A stretch of 64,000 nucleotides of DNA from Octopus bimaculoides (lineage: Eukaryota): NCBI RefSeq assembly GCF_001194135.2, contig NC_068995.1:34651383-34715382 (forward strand), written 5' to 3'. Below are positions 40,580-54,041 of the stretch, in pieces. A program made the translations under genes and the position numbers. Position 1 is the first letter of the stretch. Each line of letters opens with the position of its first letter. Under the pieces are notes generated by a model. It saw nothing but the letters and a program-made list of their open reading frames with translations. It did not search any database and was not told the origin of the DNA.

Positions 40580-41290
40580 AGCGTACTAGTATTGAAGCCT
40601 GCAGCCTTCACCGTCTTCTCCGTTATGTTCGCCATGTGATTCGGATGCCGGGTAACCAGCTTCCAATTATTGTCCTCTTCAGCGAGATTGAGACTGGGGG
40701 TATAGAGCTCATGGATTTCCAGAACTTCGTCTTCATGATAATCTGATTTTATACGTTGTCCCTTCCTATAGGTTGGAGGCCTTGGATGTTAATCGGAAGG
40801 CATGGAAGTTCGTGAGTGATGCTCAACTAGAACGGCACTTGAGGAGGCGCGTGGCTTAGTGGTTAGGGTTGTGGACTCATGATCGTAAGATTGCGATTTC
40901 AGCCGGGCAATGCGTTGTGTTCTTGAGAAAAAACACTTTATTTCACGTTGTTCCAGTCCACTCAATTGCCAAAAATGAATAATTCTGCGACGGACCGACG
41001 GACCCAGGTGGGGAATTTGTACGCCTAGAAATTGGGAAACAGGCATGACTTCAGACGGTAACTTTGCTTTAAAGCGGCGCCTTGAAATGGAATGCAGGAG
41101 GCGACGAGGTCATGAAGACTCTGCGGCTATTGTTCGGGGTCACTTTTAGTGCTCTCACTGTCACAGTATCTGTCCCCTCATGTCGGTCTTGTCAGCCACG
41201 TCTGCTCCCGTGAGAAACAATGTGCCGAAGGCGGAGTTGGATAAATATCCTGGATCGATGCTGTTATTATCTGTGATGGGCAGTCAGCAG
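40580..41290 (+). mobile_element. RTE LINE 3' remnant (single C2H2-like end), interrupted by a SINE D
   Basis: SIEACSLHRLLRYVRHVIRMPGNQLPIIVLFSEIETG, LEALDVNRKAWK, then after the SINE KRRLEMECRRRR...CSHCHSIC. Confidence 0.75.
40844..41045 (+). mobile_element. SINE family D
   Basis: gaggcgcgtggcttagtggttagggttgtggactcatgatcgtaag tRNA-like head, then gcgttgtgttcttgagaaaaaacact. Confidence 0.8.
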
Positions 41291-41495
41291 TAGTGAAAAG
41301 ATATAGAAATGGCGAAATAGATAGATAGGTGGACAGGCAGACAGACAGAAAGACAGACAGATAGATAGGTAGGTCTTCCGTTATTAATGCGGTTGTTTGT
41401 CTTGCAATTTCAACTGCAGATATATCAAAGGTATTCAGCAGTTGCGAAAAGGCTGTTTAGTCCATACATTTTCGAGGGTAAGAAAAATAACAAGG

Positions 41496-41566
<71 letters not shown>

Positions 41567-42096
41567 GTGTGTGTGTTTGTGTGCGTGTATGTGCGTGCGT
41601 GTGTGTGTATATATATATATAGGCCATGTTTTTTTCTTCTCAAGATTTTAAAATCGTTCTAAACTATTTGCCAAATGATTAAGAAAAAAGCGTTGTTTAT
41701 GAGGAAATGTGTTCTTTTATGTAAAAAAGGAAGAAGTTACCTATGTTTGAGGGTGGATTCTGCAACAAGTACCGAAGTCCAAGCCTTGATGAAAAATCAG
41801 GCAACGAATGAAATCTACGTCTGCAAAACAGGAACAGTTCATATAGATTTGGTTTACGAAATTTCGTTTACATGCATTTATTTTGCCGACTTTTTAGTTA
41901 CACAGAACGTGTGTTATATGTGCAATAAAGTTAAAAAGGAGTGAAAGATTGTATCATATATATAGAAGTTACAGCCAGAAGTAAGAAAAGGGGAAAAAGA
42001 ATTAGATGCAATAATGGGATATACTTGGATTTATGGAATTTGGCAGCTTGACAAAGTCCTATATGTATGTGTATAAATAAATAAATAAATAAATAA

Positions 42097-42187
<91 letters not shown>

Positions 42188-43092
42188 TTTAACTTAGCTA
42201 AGTTAAGTAATATGGTCGATATTATCACCTAAACCCATCCGCTGAAAATTGCTAGCGCTGTATCTAAACTAGAAATAATTAATCAGTTTGGAGACAAAAT
42301 TCTTAAGACAAATGGAGGACGCCTTATATAATATACATGTTATTTACTTGAGAGGGAACATAAGAGCATTATATATTTGTATAGCACCCTCTGCTGTATA
42401 TATCCTGTTTTATGTGTAGTGAACCAGTAGTGAATATGTGAATGTACTGTTAAATGTGTTTCCGGAGATATATTAATCCGAATATATTTGGTCAATCTCT
42501 AATGAAGGAATCTAATCATACAGATACATAGATATAACCTCTATACTGAAACTTAATATACAATTTGTATTTTTATTGAAATTTAGTCTCATATATATTC
42601 GATGCATTCTATGAATACTGGGAATACATCCTCGATCACATACATAATCTATTTTCGTGGGTAAAAATTACGGAAAATATATTCATACATTCATGTGCAT
42701 GTGTGAGTGTATATGTGTGTGTAGGTGAGGTGTGGGAGAATGTGAGTGGGTGTTTGAGTATGTATGTATGCATGTATGCATGTAAATATGTATGTATGTG
42801 TCTGTATGTATATTTGTATGTCTGTATGTATATGTGTGTGTATGTATGTATGTATGTATGTATGTATGTATGTGTGTGCGTGTGTATGTATGTATGTATG
42901 TATGTATGTGTTGATATTTGTATTAGCACATTTCTGCCACCTTGTTTCTTAGTTTGTAGTTAGCAGTTAAGTAAATACTCGCTTTTGTTTATACTAATTT
43001 TGGTAACTATCGTCCGGCCTGCCAGGTCCTTGCTTTTACCTTTTCATTTATATAGAAGTATACGTTGTTAGTAGACTTCGATGATTCCAAAT

Positions 43093-43221
<129 letters not shown>

Positions 43222-45159
43222 TCTTCGTATTTGATGCCATCTTGCATATCGAACCCTAAAAAATGTAAGTCAAATTCAACCACGAAGTCATTTGAACTCA
43301 GAACGGAGAGAACTGAAATAAACGTTCTCAGTCTATGTTAGATGTTCTAACAACTCCGTATTTGCTACCTTACCCGACCTTGTAATATGCAGCAATTTGC
43401 TACAGAAAAACAGCTCACGCATAGACCTATCACTTACTGGATAATTTCATTAACTTCTATCCTATGAATAATTCGCCAGTTACTACAGTAAACGTGTTAC
43501 TATTTTGTATCCCCAGTTAGGGTTATTATTAACATATTTAACGCAGGGAACACTGAAAAGCTAACGGGAAATAATTATGTGGTAGGAAAATTGAATTTTA
43601 GTCAAAGCGCAATAATACTTAATTTCTTTTGACAAGCACGGAATCAACTCCCTACACATATCTGTCTTATTTTTACTCTATCAGCAAGGCATAGCGCTCA
43701 CTGTACCGACTGAGATATTGAATGGAAAATTAGTGAGCAAATGTCTAAGACAATGGTTGGCGAAGAACAATAGAATTCTTTGGAGAATAAAGAATTCTGC
43801 TACCATAAAGTCTGCGAATCCGAAGGTTTCATAAGCCTTAAGACTTAGGAACTGTTGTTGAGTGAAATAGCAAGACATATCACAGGTGTATTTCAATTCA
43901 TCTTCCCGGAGCAACTGTTTTTATTGTCTGGGATGATTATTTTGATATGATGTATTTGAAATTAGCCCCTGTATGTTTCTCTCTCTCCCACTCACTGAAA
44001 ACTCAGAGCCACATGTACGTATGTGACATGTGTAATAACTATTACTACTCCTAGTGTATGAATGTATTTACGTCTACCTCTGCGTTGCATTATATATTAA
44101 TATACATCTGTTTATCAATGTGTCTAGTTGAAATGTTTGCATTACATAATATGCTTTTCTATTTTCTAAAGAACATATGCGCACTTGTACACGCCTACTT
44201 AAACGAGATGTATATATGCACAAATGTTCATTCACACTAGCGCATGCACACGTATACATATACACAGACATATTGCTTTGTTCAAAATCATACACAACAA
44301 AATCGATACTCAGAGAGTTTGGATCATACACAAAGACGCACGAGATTGACAAGTAGTCTAGATACACATATATACACAGAAATGGAAATCATGTGAATTT
44401 ACATATAGACAAGCATATAAAAACACACCCTAATATAAATTATTATGGGTTCTCAGTTTGATGCACCTGTTTTGCCAGCAGTAATGTTTACACGTTATGA
44501 AGATATTCCTGTATTATATACTTTGTCTTCATCTTTGATAACAATTTACCAAAACCGAATCGTTTTATCTGGCACTCCCTCTTCATTAAATATTATTCTA
44601 TTAATTTTCCTATTTGTTTTATCTCTTATTATATGTTTGCACAATAACACATGTGTAAATAAATATAGTAAATCAAAACAAAATTCGGAGGAAAAAAAAA
44701 AGTAAGTTTAAATTTGATATCTTATTAAAAGATAAATGATTCCAGTAAATTGTAGAATAAACTTTGAAAACAACTCTTCAAATAACTCAGAAATAAAATA
44801 TCAATATTACATCTGTCATCAAGAAAATAAAAGATAAAATAGGACAAATGGTTTAATTTTACAATAATTTTGCTTGAAGGTATTCTTTTCATCTATCAAA
44901 AGATTACGAATAGCGAAAACGTTGTATTGAAAACAATATTTTGTTAAATTTCCCATTTAAGACAGCAAATTGTCTGCTGAGTTAATAGCAGAGATACTGA
45001 ATAATCTGTAGCAAATGTAGTTGAGTTACTCTAGTTATTTCCTTTTGAGTAGATCTCTGTAACTCAGGCTGTCGAGGTAATGAATCAAGGCAAATAATTC
45101 ACTGTTTGCGTTGGACAGCCAGTTCAGATGAATTAGCCGTGTGTCAATTTATCTCTTAT

Positions 45160-45235
45160 AAAGAGATGGCTGGAGGAAATTGGCAGCCGCATTGCATCCT
45201 CAATGAAATACTAGGCACTTTTACTCAACGCTGAG
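45160..45235 (+). mobile_element. Possible CRE-like non-LTR C-terminal remnant
   Basis: RWLEEIGSRIAS followed by a frameshifted TQR-L, weakly like the xxELGxRIA...FLxQRLS motif of restriction-like endonuclease domains. Confidence 0.25.
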
Positions 45236-45837
45236 CATAAATACGTTTTCACGCTACAGAAATTCTCTTGAGATAACTATGTTACATCATATACTTGGAA
45301 GAGTTTATTCCTAACCGAACACGCATACACGACACCGAAAATACACGCAAACCCATATGAAGATACACACACTAATGTACACCCATACATGACGAGGAGG
45401 GTCACAGCTTCAATCCGTACCAGGTGTAAGTTTATAGTATTTTGGCAATAATGCAACAGAAAGTGTTATTTTTTATCAATGATATCTTCATGTCTGAGAC
45501 ACCAAGACATGAATATTTATTCTCCAAAACTCCATCCTATATTATAGATACACACTGGTGATTTGATATCTGATTTTGGTGGTCATTGATCGATTTAGTT
45601 CAATCGAAAATTTGTGGAAATATTGATCGTTACTAGGTAATAATGCCCTAAACACAGTCAACTACGGCAGCCACTTTAGACATAGCAGCGTCTTTGATGC
45701 CATCTTACATAACGAACCCTATATATATNNNNNNNNNNNNNNNNNNNNNNNNNNNNNNNNNNNNNNNNNNNNNNNNNNNNNNNNNNNNNNNNNNNNNNNN
45801 NNNNNNNNNNNNNNNNNNNNNNNNNNTATATATATGT

Positions 45838-46330
45838 GTGTAAACCCTTGCTTCGGATCGAGTTGGATGGCGAACAAAGATGTGAATTGGAGTGAAAGCA
45901 TTTGAAGAGGCCAGGATAAGGCAAGTAAGCCTCAAAAGAGATCTCAGAAATGTAACGCTCGAGAAGTTGAATGGCAATGACCTTTCTGTGTGCACAGTCT
46001 GTGACAGACCATGCTTGTCTTTTGCTAGCCTCAAATCTCATCTGCGAACGCATGGAAGACGAGCCTCCACCAACTATTCTGCCTAGATATCTGTGCACAC
46101 CTTAGAAGGTTTGCAAATCCAGCGGAGGCCCCAAAGACATTTTAAGATTGACAAAGAGCAGAACTTACCTGCAGCTCTTGGTGGGCCAAATCGGAAGTGC
46201 TATCTATGTGGGTGTCTTTTTAGAACATCGTCTGGTTTAAAAAGCCACATCAGACATCAGAAGCCCTGATGGTGCTAAGATGTAGGTACAGGAGGTGGTC
46301 AAACTCTGCATAAGGAGTAGACAACCGCCA
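45838..46330 (+). mobile_element. RTE LINE 3' end with three C2H2 zinc fingers
   Basis: TLASDRVGWRTKM*IGVKAFEEARIRQVSLKR (RTE C-terminal motif), CTVCDRPCLSFASLKSHLRTH, a frameshifted KVCKSSGGPK/RHFKI, and CYLCGCLFRTSSGLKSHIRH. Confidence 0.8.
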
Positions 46331-46516
46331 TATATGTGTATGTATAAATATATATATATNNNNNNNNNNNNNNNNNNNNNNNNNNNNNNNNNNNNNNNNN
46401 NNNNNNNNNNNNNNNNNNNNNNNNNNNNNNNNNNNNNNNNNNNNNNNNNNNNNNNNNNNNNNNNNNNNNNNNNNNNNNNNNNNNNNNNNNNNNNNNNNNN
46501 ATGTATATGCGTATGC

Positions 46517-46785
46517 ATAGGGTGCGATGGGTAAATTGTCACTATTTCATAGTTTTCATGTTGCGCATGCGCATTGGTTCTTCATGATTTTGCTGACTAC
46601 ACAGTATAGTAGGGTCAGATAAGCACTGGCTATGAGAAAAACATCACAATGATGCAATTCACTTTGCCAGAAATTCGGAAACGACATGCTGTACTGCTTG
46701 GCATTCGCACTGGAAGCTCCATTACGAATATTTCAGAGTGTTTGCTTGTAAATCTGAGAACGTGCGGAGGATTCGGAAAGAGTCT
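46517..46785 (+). mobile_element. 5' end of a maT/DD37D-like Tc1-mariner element (TIR plus HTH start)
   Basis: TIR agggtgcgatgggtaaattgtc and MMQFTLPEIRKRHAVLLGIRTGSSITNISECL; homologous to 61330-61590. Confidence 0.8.
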
Positions 46786-46905
46786 AATGCGACTTTCAAT
46801 TCCAATATCGTCCACTCTTTTATGTGGCATTTTGAATGTGGTTCCAAGTGCACAAATTACCACAGGAATAATTGTTGTTTTAGCCTTCCCCAAGGCTGAT
46901 GGTGG
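46785..46905 (-). mobile_element. R4/Dong-like LINE C-terminal fragment
   Basis: KAKTTIIPVVICALGTTFKMPHKRVDDIGIESRI matches the KTxIIPVVIGALGxI...IGI motif downstream of the restriction-like endonuclease. It abuts (CTA)n at 46911-46983. Confidence 0.7.
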
Positions 46906-46908
46906 TGA

Positions 46909-46985
<77 letters not shown>

Positions 46986-47502
46986 GCTTTAACCTATACA
47001 TACTGTACACATATCTCAACCAGAGACGTCAAAGAATAAGATTTACATCTAAAAGTGCAGACATGACAGGTGCCATGCAATTGAAAAACTATTGTCTGTA
47101 TACTACAAAATAATACCTTTATAAAATTAATAATAAAACTAAATGAATGAGATTGCACTTACGTGGAGAGAAATTAAAGTAATATAAATGAGGTAGCCTT
47201 AAGTGTGATAATTTGCTATTCGCTTAATTTGAGACTGCCACAAATTTGATCTACGTGTACGCTCCTTTTGATATAATCCCAAGTGCTCTAATAAAAATAG
47301 GTAATTTTGTTGTTTTCGGATGCTATAGTCTGATTTCTACATTCAAGTTACAATATTTAATCAATTTGTCGAACGTTTTCAGAGATGTGTTGGTTGTCTG
47401 CTGGGGCTGAAAAATTCATCAAAAGACATATCTTTTCAACAAGACCTTTGACTATGATATTTAGGCGGTTTGTCTGGGTAGTACTTGTTGTTGTTGTTAT
47501 CA

Positions 47503-47643
47503 TTCTTCTTCTTCTTCTTCTTCTTCTTCTTCTTCTTCTTCTTCTTCTTCTTCTTCTTCTTCTACTATCTTTTGAAATTCTGCCAATATGGGGTTTCCTG
47601 GTATCTGCGCTAGATAGCAATCAGTCCCTTTTGCTATCATTCC

Positions 47644-47719
<76 letters not shown>

Positions 47720-47750
47720 GTAATAATAATAATAATAATAATTATTATTA
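47503..47750. repeat. (TTC)n at 47503-47562 and (TAA)n at about 47646-47750
   Basis: Read directly. Confidence 0.95.
47564..47645 (-). mobile_element. R4/Dong-like C-terminal fragment between (TTC)n and (TAA)n
   Basis: IGMIAKGTDCYLAQIPGNPILAEFQKIV matches the ALGMIxK...IPG.P...E.QKI motif. Confidence 0.65.
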
Positions 47751-48299
47751 TTATTGACAGATAAATGAAAAGAATTCTAAATTGATTGTGACGTTATTTA
47801 TTAAGATTATATGTTATATTATAGCAGTTTTACTATTTCTTTCTATGCAGGGCGTACATATCTTCCTATCATCTTAAAACAATGAATGAACTTAAACAGT
47901 GCTTCAAAGATCAATAACTTCAGGTAAGTTGCTTATTGTTATATGTTTCATAGATCTAATCAATTGGTACCTTTACCACTTTATATTAGCCTTATATGTT
48001 GCAGAAAAAACCCATTATTTCTACACTTCTTACATTAAAGCTTACTTTAAGTTTTTAAATTTAATTATTCCTTTTATATTATTTCTCATAGCTTCCATTC
48101 TACATAGATTATATGCTTTGTTTTTGTACATATGGGAATTATATAGGTATGTAAACATTTCAAAGTAAAAAAAAAAGCATCACAGTGATCAAACAAGAGC
48201 GCATCGACTGCTTCATGTGTCACATGACGCGGCAGCATGTAAGTTAGTCAACTTATATAGACCAACATGTAATTTTCGTTATACTTTTTTTTAATTCTA

Positions 48300-49135
48300 A
48301 AAACTGTGTTAAAAAGACAAGACTTCGCTTAATTAATTTTATAAGATTGAACCCTGTCCATAGTTGTTATCTGGCACAGCTGACATAAAGTTTCATCACC
48401 CTCTTAGAATCATGACTATGAAAGCCGATATTTTGCAAAATTTCTTATATGTTAAATTTGTCACGCTGTACATTGAGCATCGCTAACAGATGCCTCCAGG
48501 TTTTTTTCTTTCATTAATATTCATCGAAGAAGACCAATAATTCGTCTTCCTCCGGGGACGAAGTAATCACTTCTACAGCCGGCAGCACAATTCCCACCGA
48601 CGGTGGCTCTTCCCCCGCCGGTGGCACAAACTCCACCGACAAGGCTCCGAGACATTCCGGTACTATGTCACCGACTGCGGCAATGTCCTGTTTCTCTTCC
48701 TCTCTTTTTTTTCTTCTCAGCTGAGGGAGGGTGCGTCTCCTCTGTGACCGGGAGATTCACCTCCCCTTCCTCATTCTTGGGATCCTTCGGTGAGCACCGA
48801 TTGTTGCTCACCTTCTCTTTGAGGAGTCCTCCGCCTCCTCGAACACCTTCGTTCCCTCTTCTACAGAGGTATCAACCAGGACCTTACTTTGCTCCTGGGA
48901 ACAGTTTTTCTTGATATGGCCAGGCTCCAGGCACCGATGACACCTGGGGGGTGGGGTGACCCTCAAAAATCACTGGATACATAGAACCGGCCATTTTCAA
49001 AAAATCGGGAAATGCTAGATAGTTCGGTGATTGGGTCCACAGGGTCAAAACCGCTTTTGACCCCAATCAATCAGCCGCAGGGAAAATTCTTACATTGAGG
49101 AGTTTGGCTCCGCTGCCACCCAGACCCCCCCCCCC
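48300..49135 (-). pseudogene. Second Tx1-like ORF1 remnant with a CCHC knuckle; no endonuclease seen downstream
   Basis: AFPDFLKMAGSMYPVIFEGHP-(frameshift)-PRCHRCLEPGHIKKNCFP followed by an acidic/basic low-complexity tail. The 5' end lies in a gap. Confidence 0.7.
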
Positions 49136-50161
49136 NNNNNNNNNNNNNNNNNNNNNNNNNNNNNNNNNNNNNNNNNNNNNNNNNNNNNNNNNNNNNNNNN
49201 NNNNNNNNNNNNNNNNNNNNNNNNNNNNNNNNNNNNNNNNNNNNNNNNNNNNNNNNNNNNNNNNNNNNNNNNNNNNNNNNNNNNNNNNNNNNNNNNNNNN
49301 NNNNNNNNNNNNNNNNNNNNNNNNNNNNNNNNNNNNNNNNNNNNNNNNNNNNNNNNNNNNNNNNNNNNNNNNNNNNNNNNNNNNNNNNNNNNNNNNNNNN
49401 NNNNNNNNNNNNNNNNNNNNNNNNNNNNNNNNNNNNNNNNNNNNNNNNNNNNNNNNNNNNNNNNNNNNNNNNNNNNNNNNNNNNNNNNNNNNNNNNNNNN
49501 NNNNNNNNNNNNNNNNNNNNNNNNNNNNNNNNNNNNNNNNNNNNNNNNNNNNNNNNNNNNNNNNNNNNNNNNNNNNNNNNNNNNNNNNNNNNNNNNNNNN
49601 NNNNNNNNNNNNNNNNNNNNNNNNNNNNNNNNNNNNNNNNNNNNNNNNNNNNNNNNNNNNNNNNNNNNNTATATATATATATATATTATATACATAGGTA
49701 TATGTATGTATGTATTACATGAATAGTCATATGACAGATGTAGTAGGTTAGATGTTTCATATCTCAGCCATCTTCAAGAAAAACGTAATGAGAACTTATA
49801 TCTGTGTGTGTATTTTGCGAAAAGTTGAATAAAACAAGTACGAATTTCTTTCGTACTTTTTCTTACAGAAAATTAGTTCACTTGTTTTATTCAGACATAG
49901 ATCGCTGTATAAAGGGTCACTGCTATAATAGCTTCTTGTTTATGAAGTTGGGTATTAGCAGCAGAACAAATGTCCAGGTAGAAACCACCAATGAATTGCA
50001 AATATATTAATGATATGTAATTAAAATACAAAGTATAAATTACGAAATATAACCAAATATACACATAAATAGTCACACATAGTCGTGATTATTGCAGACG
50101 AACACAATGAAACACTACACCTCCCTCATATGTATATATGCTTATTTATATGTATATATAT

Positions 50162-50230
<69 letters not shown>

Positions 50231-50342
50231 TATATACATATATATACACATTGACATATGTACATACATGTACACACACTGACATATATATGTAGTTATA
50301 TATGCCAGTGTGTATGTGTGTATATGTATGTATGTATGTATG

Positions 50343-50422
<80 letters not shown>

Positions 50423-51019
50423 CACGTCAACCAATACGTACACACACGCACTCAATCAGAAACACTCACTCACACACACATATGATCAACAGGTTTCCTC
50501 ACCCTCATAGAACCATGAAACCAGAACATAGAATAGGAGACAGTGCAAGAATGTGAGACAAAGTAGAAAGGTATTCTCACGGCAGACTAAATGGGAAAAC
50601 GTCTCTTGATAAAATGCGACAAAATTTAGTACTCCCTACAATTTGATTATCTTTCTACTTCTCTTCCTCATCAACCTCCTCCTTGTCTTACTTGTTGTTG
50701 CTGTCCCCATTATTATCGTCGTTCATGTCGTCATGGTCAACATCATCGCTGTTGATGTCATTGCGTAAATAGTACTGAAAACATCGTACTAACATTTCAC
50801 TTTGATTTCACTTTGTTAAAAATGTATTTTGAAAAAGCTATTCTATCAGTTGGTGTTGCTCGAAGAACAATTTTCATGGACGAATTCTCAAGTACAAAAT
50901 ACAGTTCTTCATCGTCGACAGAACGAGAACTACAACAGTCATAATCTCTACTTTGGTCTGTAGCAGTGCTCTGCTCCGTAACCTTTTTCACTTGCGGTAC
51001 ACATATTCTTTTCAAAATT

Positions 51020-51125
51020 CTGTGGCACACCAAATGTATAGGGGAAAAAAATTATACTGTTACATTGCGGCACACCTAGTATCGTCTCGTAGCACACCAG
51101 TGTGCTGCGACATACCGGTTGCGGA
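51020..51125 (+). mobile_element. Possible hAT-type MITE end with gcggcacacc subterminal repeats
   Basis: Repeated g(c/t)ggcacacc motifs ending ccggttgcggagcaatg. Confidence 0.35.
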
Positions 51126-51339
51126 GCAATGGTCTATAGCATGAAAACTAGTAAGATAGCCTTGATGGCGATGATGCCCTCCGGCATATCAGGGACGTCA
51201 CTAGGATCCTGTAATGTTAGTAATATATATGATAGTCTCTAAATGAGTTTGTCATTGCAACTATGCGTACATGGAAGTCTGTTCTTTCCTTTATATCCAA
51301 TAATCATTCAGTATCAATCAATCTATATCTTTTAACATG

Positions 51340-51708
51340 TAATTGCTTGTCATTAGACTGCAGCTATACCGGGGTACCACCCTGAAAAGTTTTTAGTCGA
51401 ATGAATCGATTCCAATCGGCCTCTTTTGGAGAACAGGTATGCTACGGGTACATAAAGACACCAACACCGGTTGTCAAACGGTGGAGAGGGGACAAACACA
51501 CACACACACATGCACCTGTGCACATGCACACATACACACATATAGACGACGGTCTTTTTTCAGTTTTCGTCTACCAAATCCCCTCACAGGACTTTGGTCA
51601 GCCTGAAGCTATAATAGAAGAGAACTTCCCAAGGTGACACGTAGTGGGATTGAACCAGGAATGAAATGGTTGGGAAGGAAGTTTCTTACCACACAGCCAC
51701 GTCTGCGT
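51340..51708 (-). mobile_element. SINE family A, diverged full-length copy
   Basis: Both arms and the internal (CA)n are present. Confidence 0.85.
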
Positions 51709-53174
51709 CTACGCACATTTATTTCACAACTTCGTTTTGTTGATGAATATACAATAATCTGGGCTAGATTTGCTCTGTCAGAGCTAGAAATATTCGAAAA
51801 TGTTTATTTACATGAGAATCAACACAAAACAAAAACAAAATGAAACAAACAAACACGCCATTCGTATCTTGTTCATATACTTGATTGGCTTCAGCAAAGG
51901 CAGATTATTCTAAAAAAATAAGCAATGCATACCGATAAGTCTCTTCAAAAACCTGACATCGTTAAAGAATTTTCAGATTTTAATTCTACCAGAATTTAAG
52001 AGTAACAGAAATGTTGCAGATTATAGCATTGATGTGCTGTAGATTTCAATGACACTTGTGACTAATTGCTTATAATAGCATCAACCACTTTTCACCATAA
52101 TTTTAGAAATACAAGACCAAAACCAATTACGCATCGACGTGAATAACAACTAATTTTACGCATTTGAAATGTATTGCAGACATAATCAATGCCAAAATAA
52201 CTGGCGAAGAAGATATACGATAATGATTTATTATACGATATTAATGATTTCTTACATATGATAGTGATGAAGAAGATGTGATATAGGAAAGCATAATAAA
52301 TGGAAACAGTATTGAGAAAGGGGAAGGAAAAACAATATGGAACGGAAAATGAATGAGATAACGATGAGTTAATAACAAGAGGAAACCTTTTACCCCAATT
52401 ACAATTATCAATATCATTAGCTGGTGTCAAATCACTAAGCTAACACAAACCGACCTCACCAACAAAGTAGTAACTTATGCCCTCCTTCCCCCTCTCCTTC
52501 TCCTCCCCCTCCCCTCCTTCTCCCTTCCTCCCCTCCTTATCCCCTCCNNNNNNNNNNNNNNNNNNNNNNNNNNNNNNNNNNNNNNNNNNNNNNNNNNNNN
52601 NNNNNNNNNNNNNNNNNNNNNNNNNNNNNNNNNNNNNNNNNNNNNNNNNNNNNNNNNNNNNNNNNNNNNNNNNNNNNNNNNNNNNNNNNNNNNNNNNNNN
52701 NNNNNNNNNNNNNNNNNNNNNNNNNNNNNNNNNNNNNNNNNNNNNNNNNNNNNNNNNNNNNNNNNNNNNNNNNNNNNNNNNNNNNNNNNNNNNNNNNNNN
52801 NNNNNNNNNNNNNNNNNNNNNNNNNNNNNNNNNNNNNNNNNNNNNNNNNNNNNNNNNNNNNNNNNNNNNNNNNNNNNNNNNNNNNNNNNNNNNNNNNNNN
52901 NNNNNNNNNNNNNNNNNNNNNNNNNNNNNNNNNNNNNNNNNNNNNNNNNNNNNNNNNNNNNNNNNNNNNNNNNNNNNNNNNNNNNNNNNNNNNNNNNNNN
53001 NNNNNNNNNNNNNNNNNNNNNNNNNNNNNNNNNNNNNNNNNNNNNNNNNNNNNNNNNNNNNNNNNNNNNNNNNNNNNNNNNNNNNNNNNNNNNNNNNNNN
53101 NNNNNNNNNNNNNNNNNNNNNNNNNNNNNNNNNNNNNNNNNNNNNNNNNNNNNACCACCACCACCACCACCACC

Positions 53175-53244
<70 letters not shown>

Positions 53245-53992
53245 TAAAAAAAAACTAATAAGGTAATCAACAAATGAGGTATAATTGCATATGAGATGCG
53301 GACTTGCTAAATGCTATAATAAATGTCGATCGCAGAGTTGCCATCAACAGAGATGAGATTAAACTCACTGCGGCACACTAAAATGTCCAGCAGTTAACAC
53401 GTATTTTTCTTATCTTCTCAGGCCCTTTTTATAATGTTTGAACCTGGTCTGAATTGCATATTTCTGTTTACATTTTCTGAACAGAGGAGCCTTGTGCAAT
53501 TAGTCAAAGCCAATGAGATAACCGATAATGGATAAGAACCTTATGTGAACTCGGAGCACCATTGAAGATGTAATTGCCATTGCAACTCCTGTGTTTCGTA
53601 AATCTAAATGCATCACGCAGCACTTTCGTCATATTTATCGACATATTTACGTAACCCAAATATCTCTAACGATCGATATAATTACCATTATATCGGAGGC
53701 CGCTCATAAACCAAAATTCATGCCCTTGGACTTATACAAAATGAATTTTTAACAATTGTTTGTGTTTGATAATTGAACATGTACAGAAAGCACAGCTCAC
53801 ACTGCTCATTAACTGATGATATTTGCATGATAGAACTATCACTCCGACGCATATTCTCAAAAGACTTGTAGCACTAAAGCATTTGTAAATGCAAGTTAGA
53901 AGAAAGTTCTTTCATGAAATTAATTATGATCAGGTAAACGAATCTAGGTAACATTGATACTTTATATTGACCTGAAATAGTTGATTTGATCT

Positions 53993-54041
53993 CAGTGTAC
54001 GACTAGAACAGTGTACGACTAGAACAGTATAAGACTAGAAC
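53993..54041. repeat. Three tandem 16-bp units (cagtgtacgactagaa)
   Basis: Read directly; the third unit has two substitutions. Confidence 0.9.

Noticed and set aside
42189-42206. 18-bp perfect palindrome TTAACTTAGCTAAGTTAA
   Set aside because: About one such AT-rich palindrome is expected by chance in a window this size, and it has no associated element.
43681-43914. CLRQWLAKNNRIL, faintly like a Tc1 catalytic region
   Set aside because: No DDE/DDD motifs or TIRs nearby.
48213-48245. Inverted E-box pair TCATGTG-T-CACATGA next to a GTAAGT donor-like site
   Set aside because: Short motifs that are common by chance, with no evidence of a linked gene.
53993-54041. Short direct repeats (also 732-772, 29728-29780) as possible CRISPR-like arrays
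   Set aside because: They are head-to-tail with no unique spacers, consistent with replication slippage in a eukaryotic genome.
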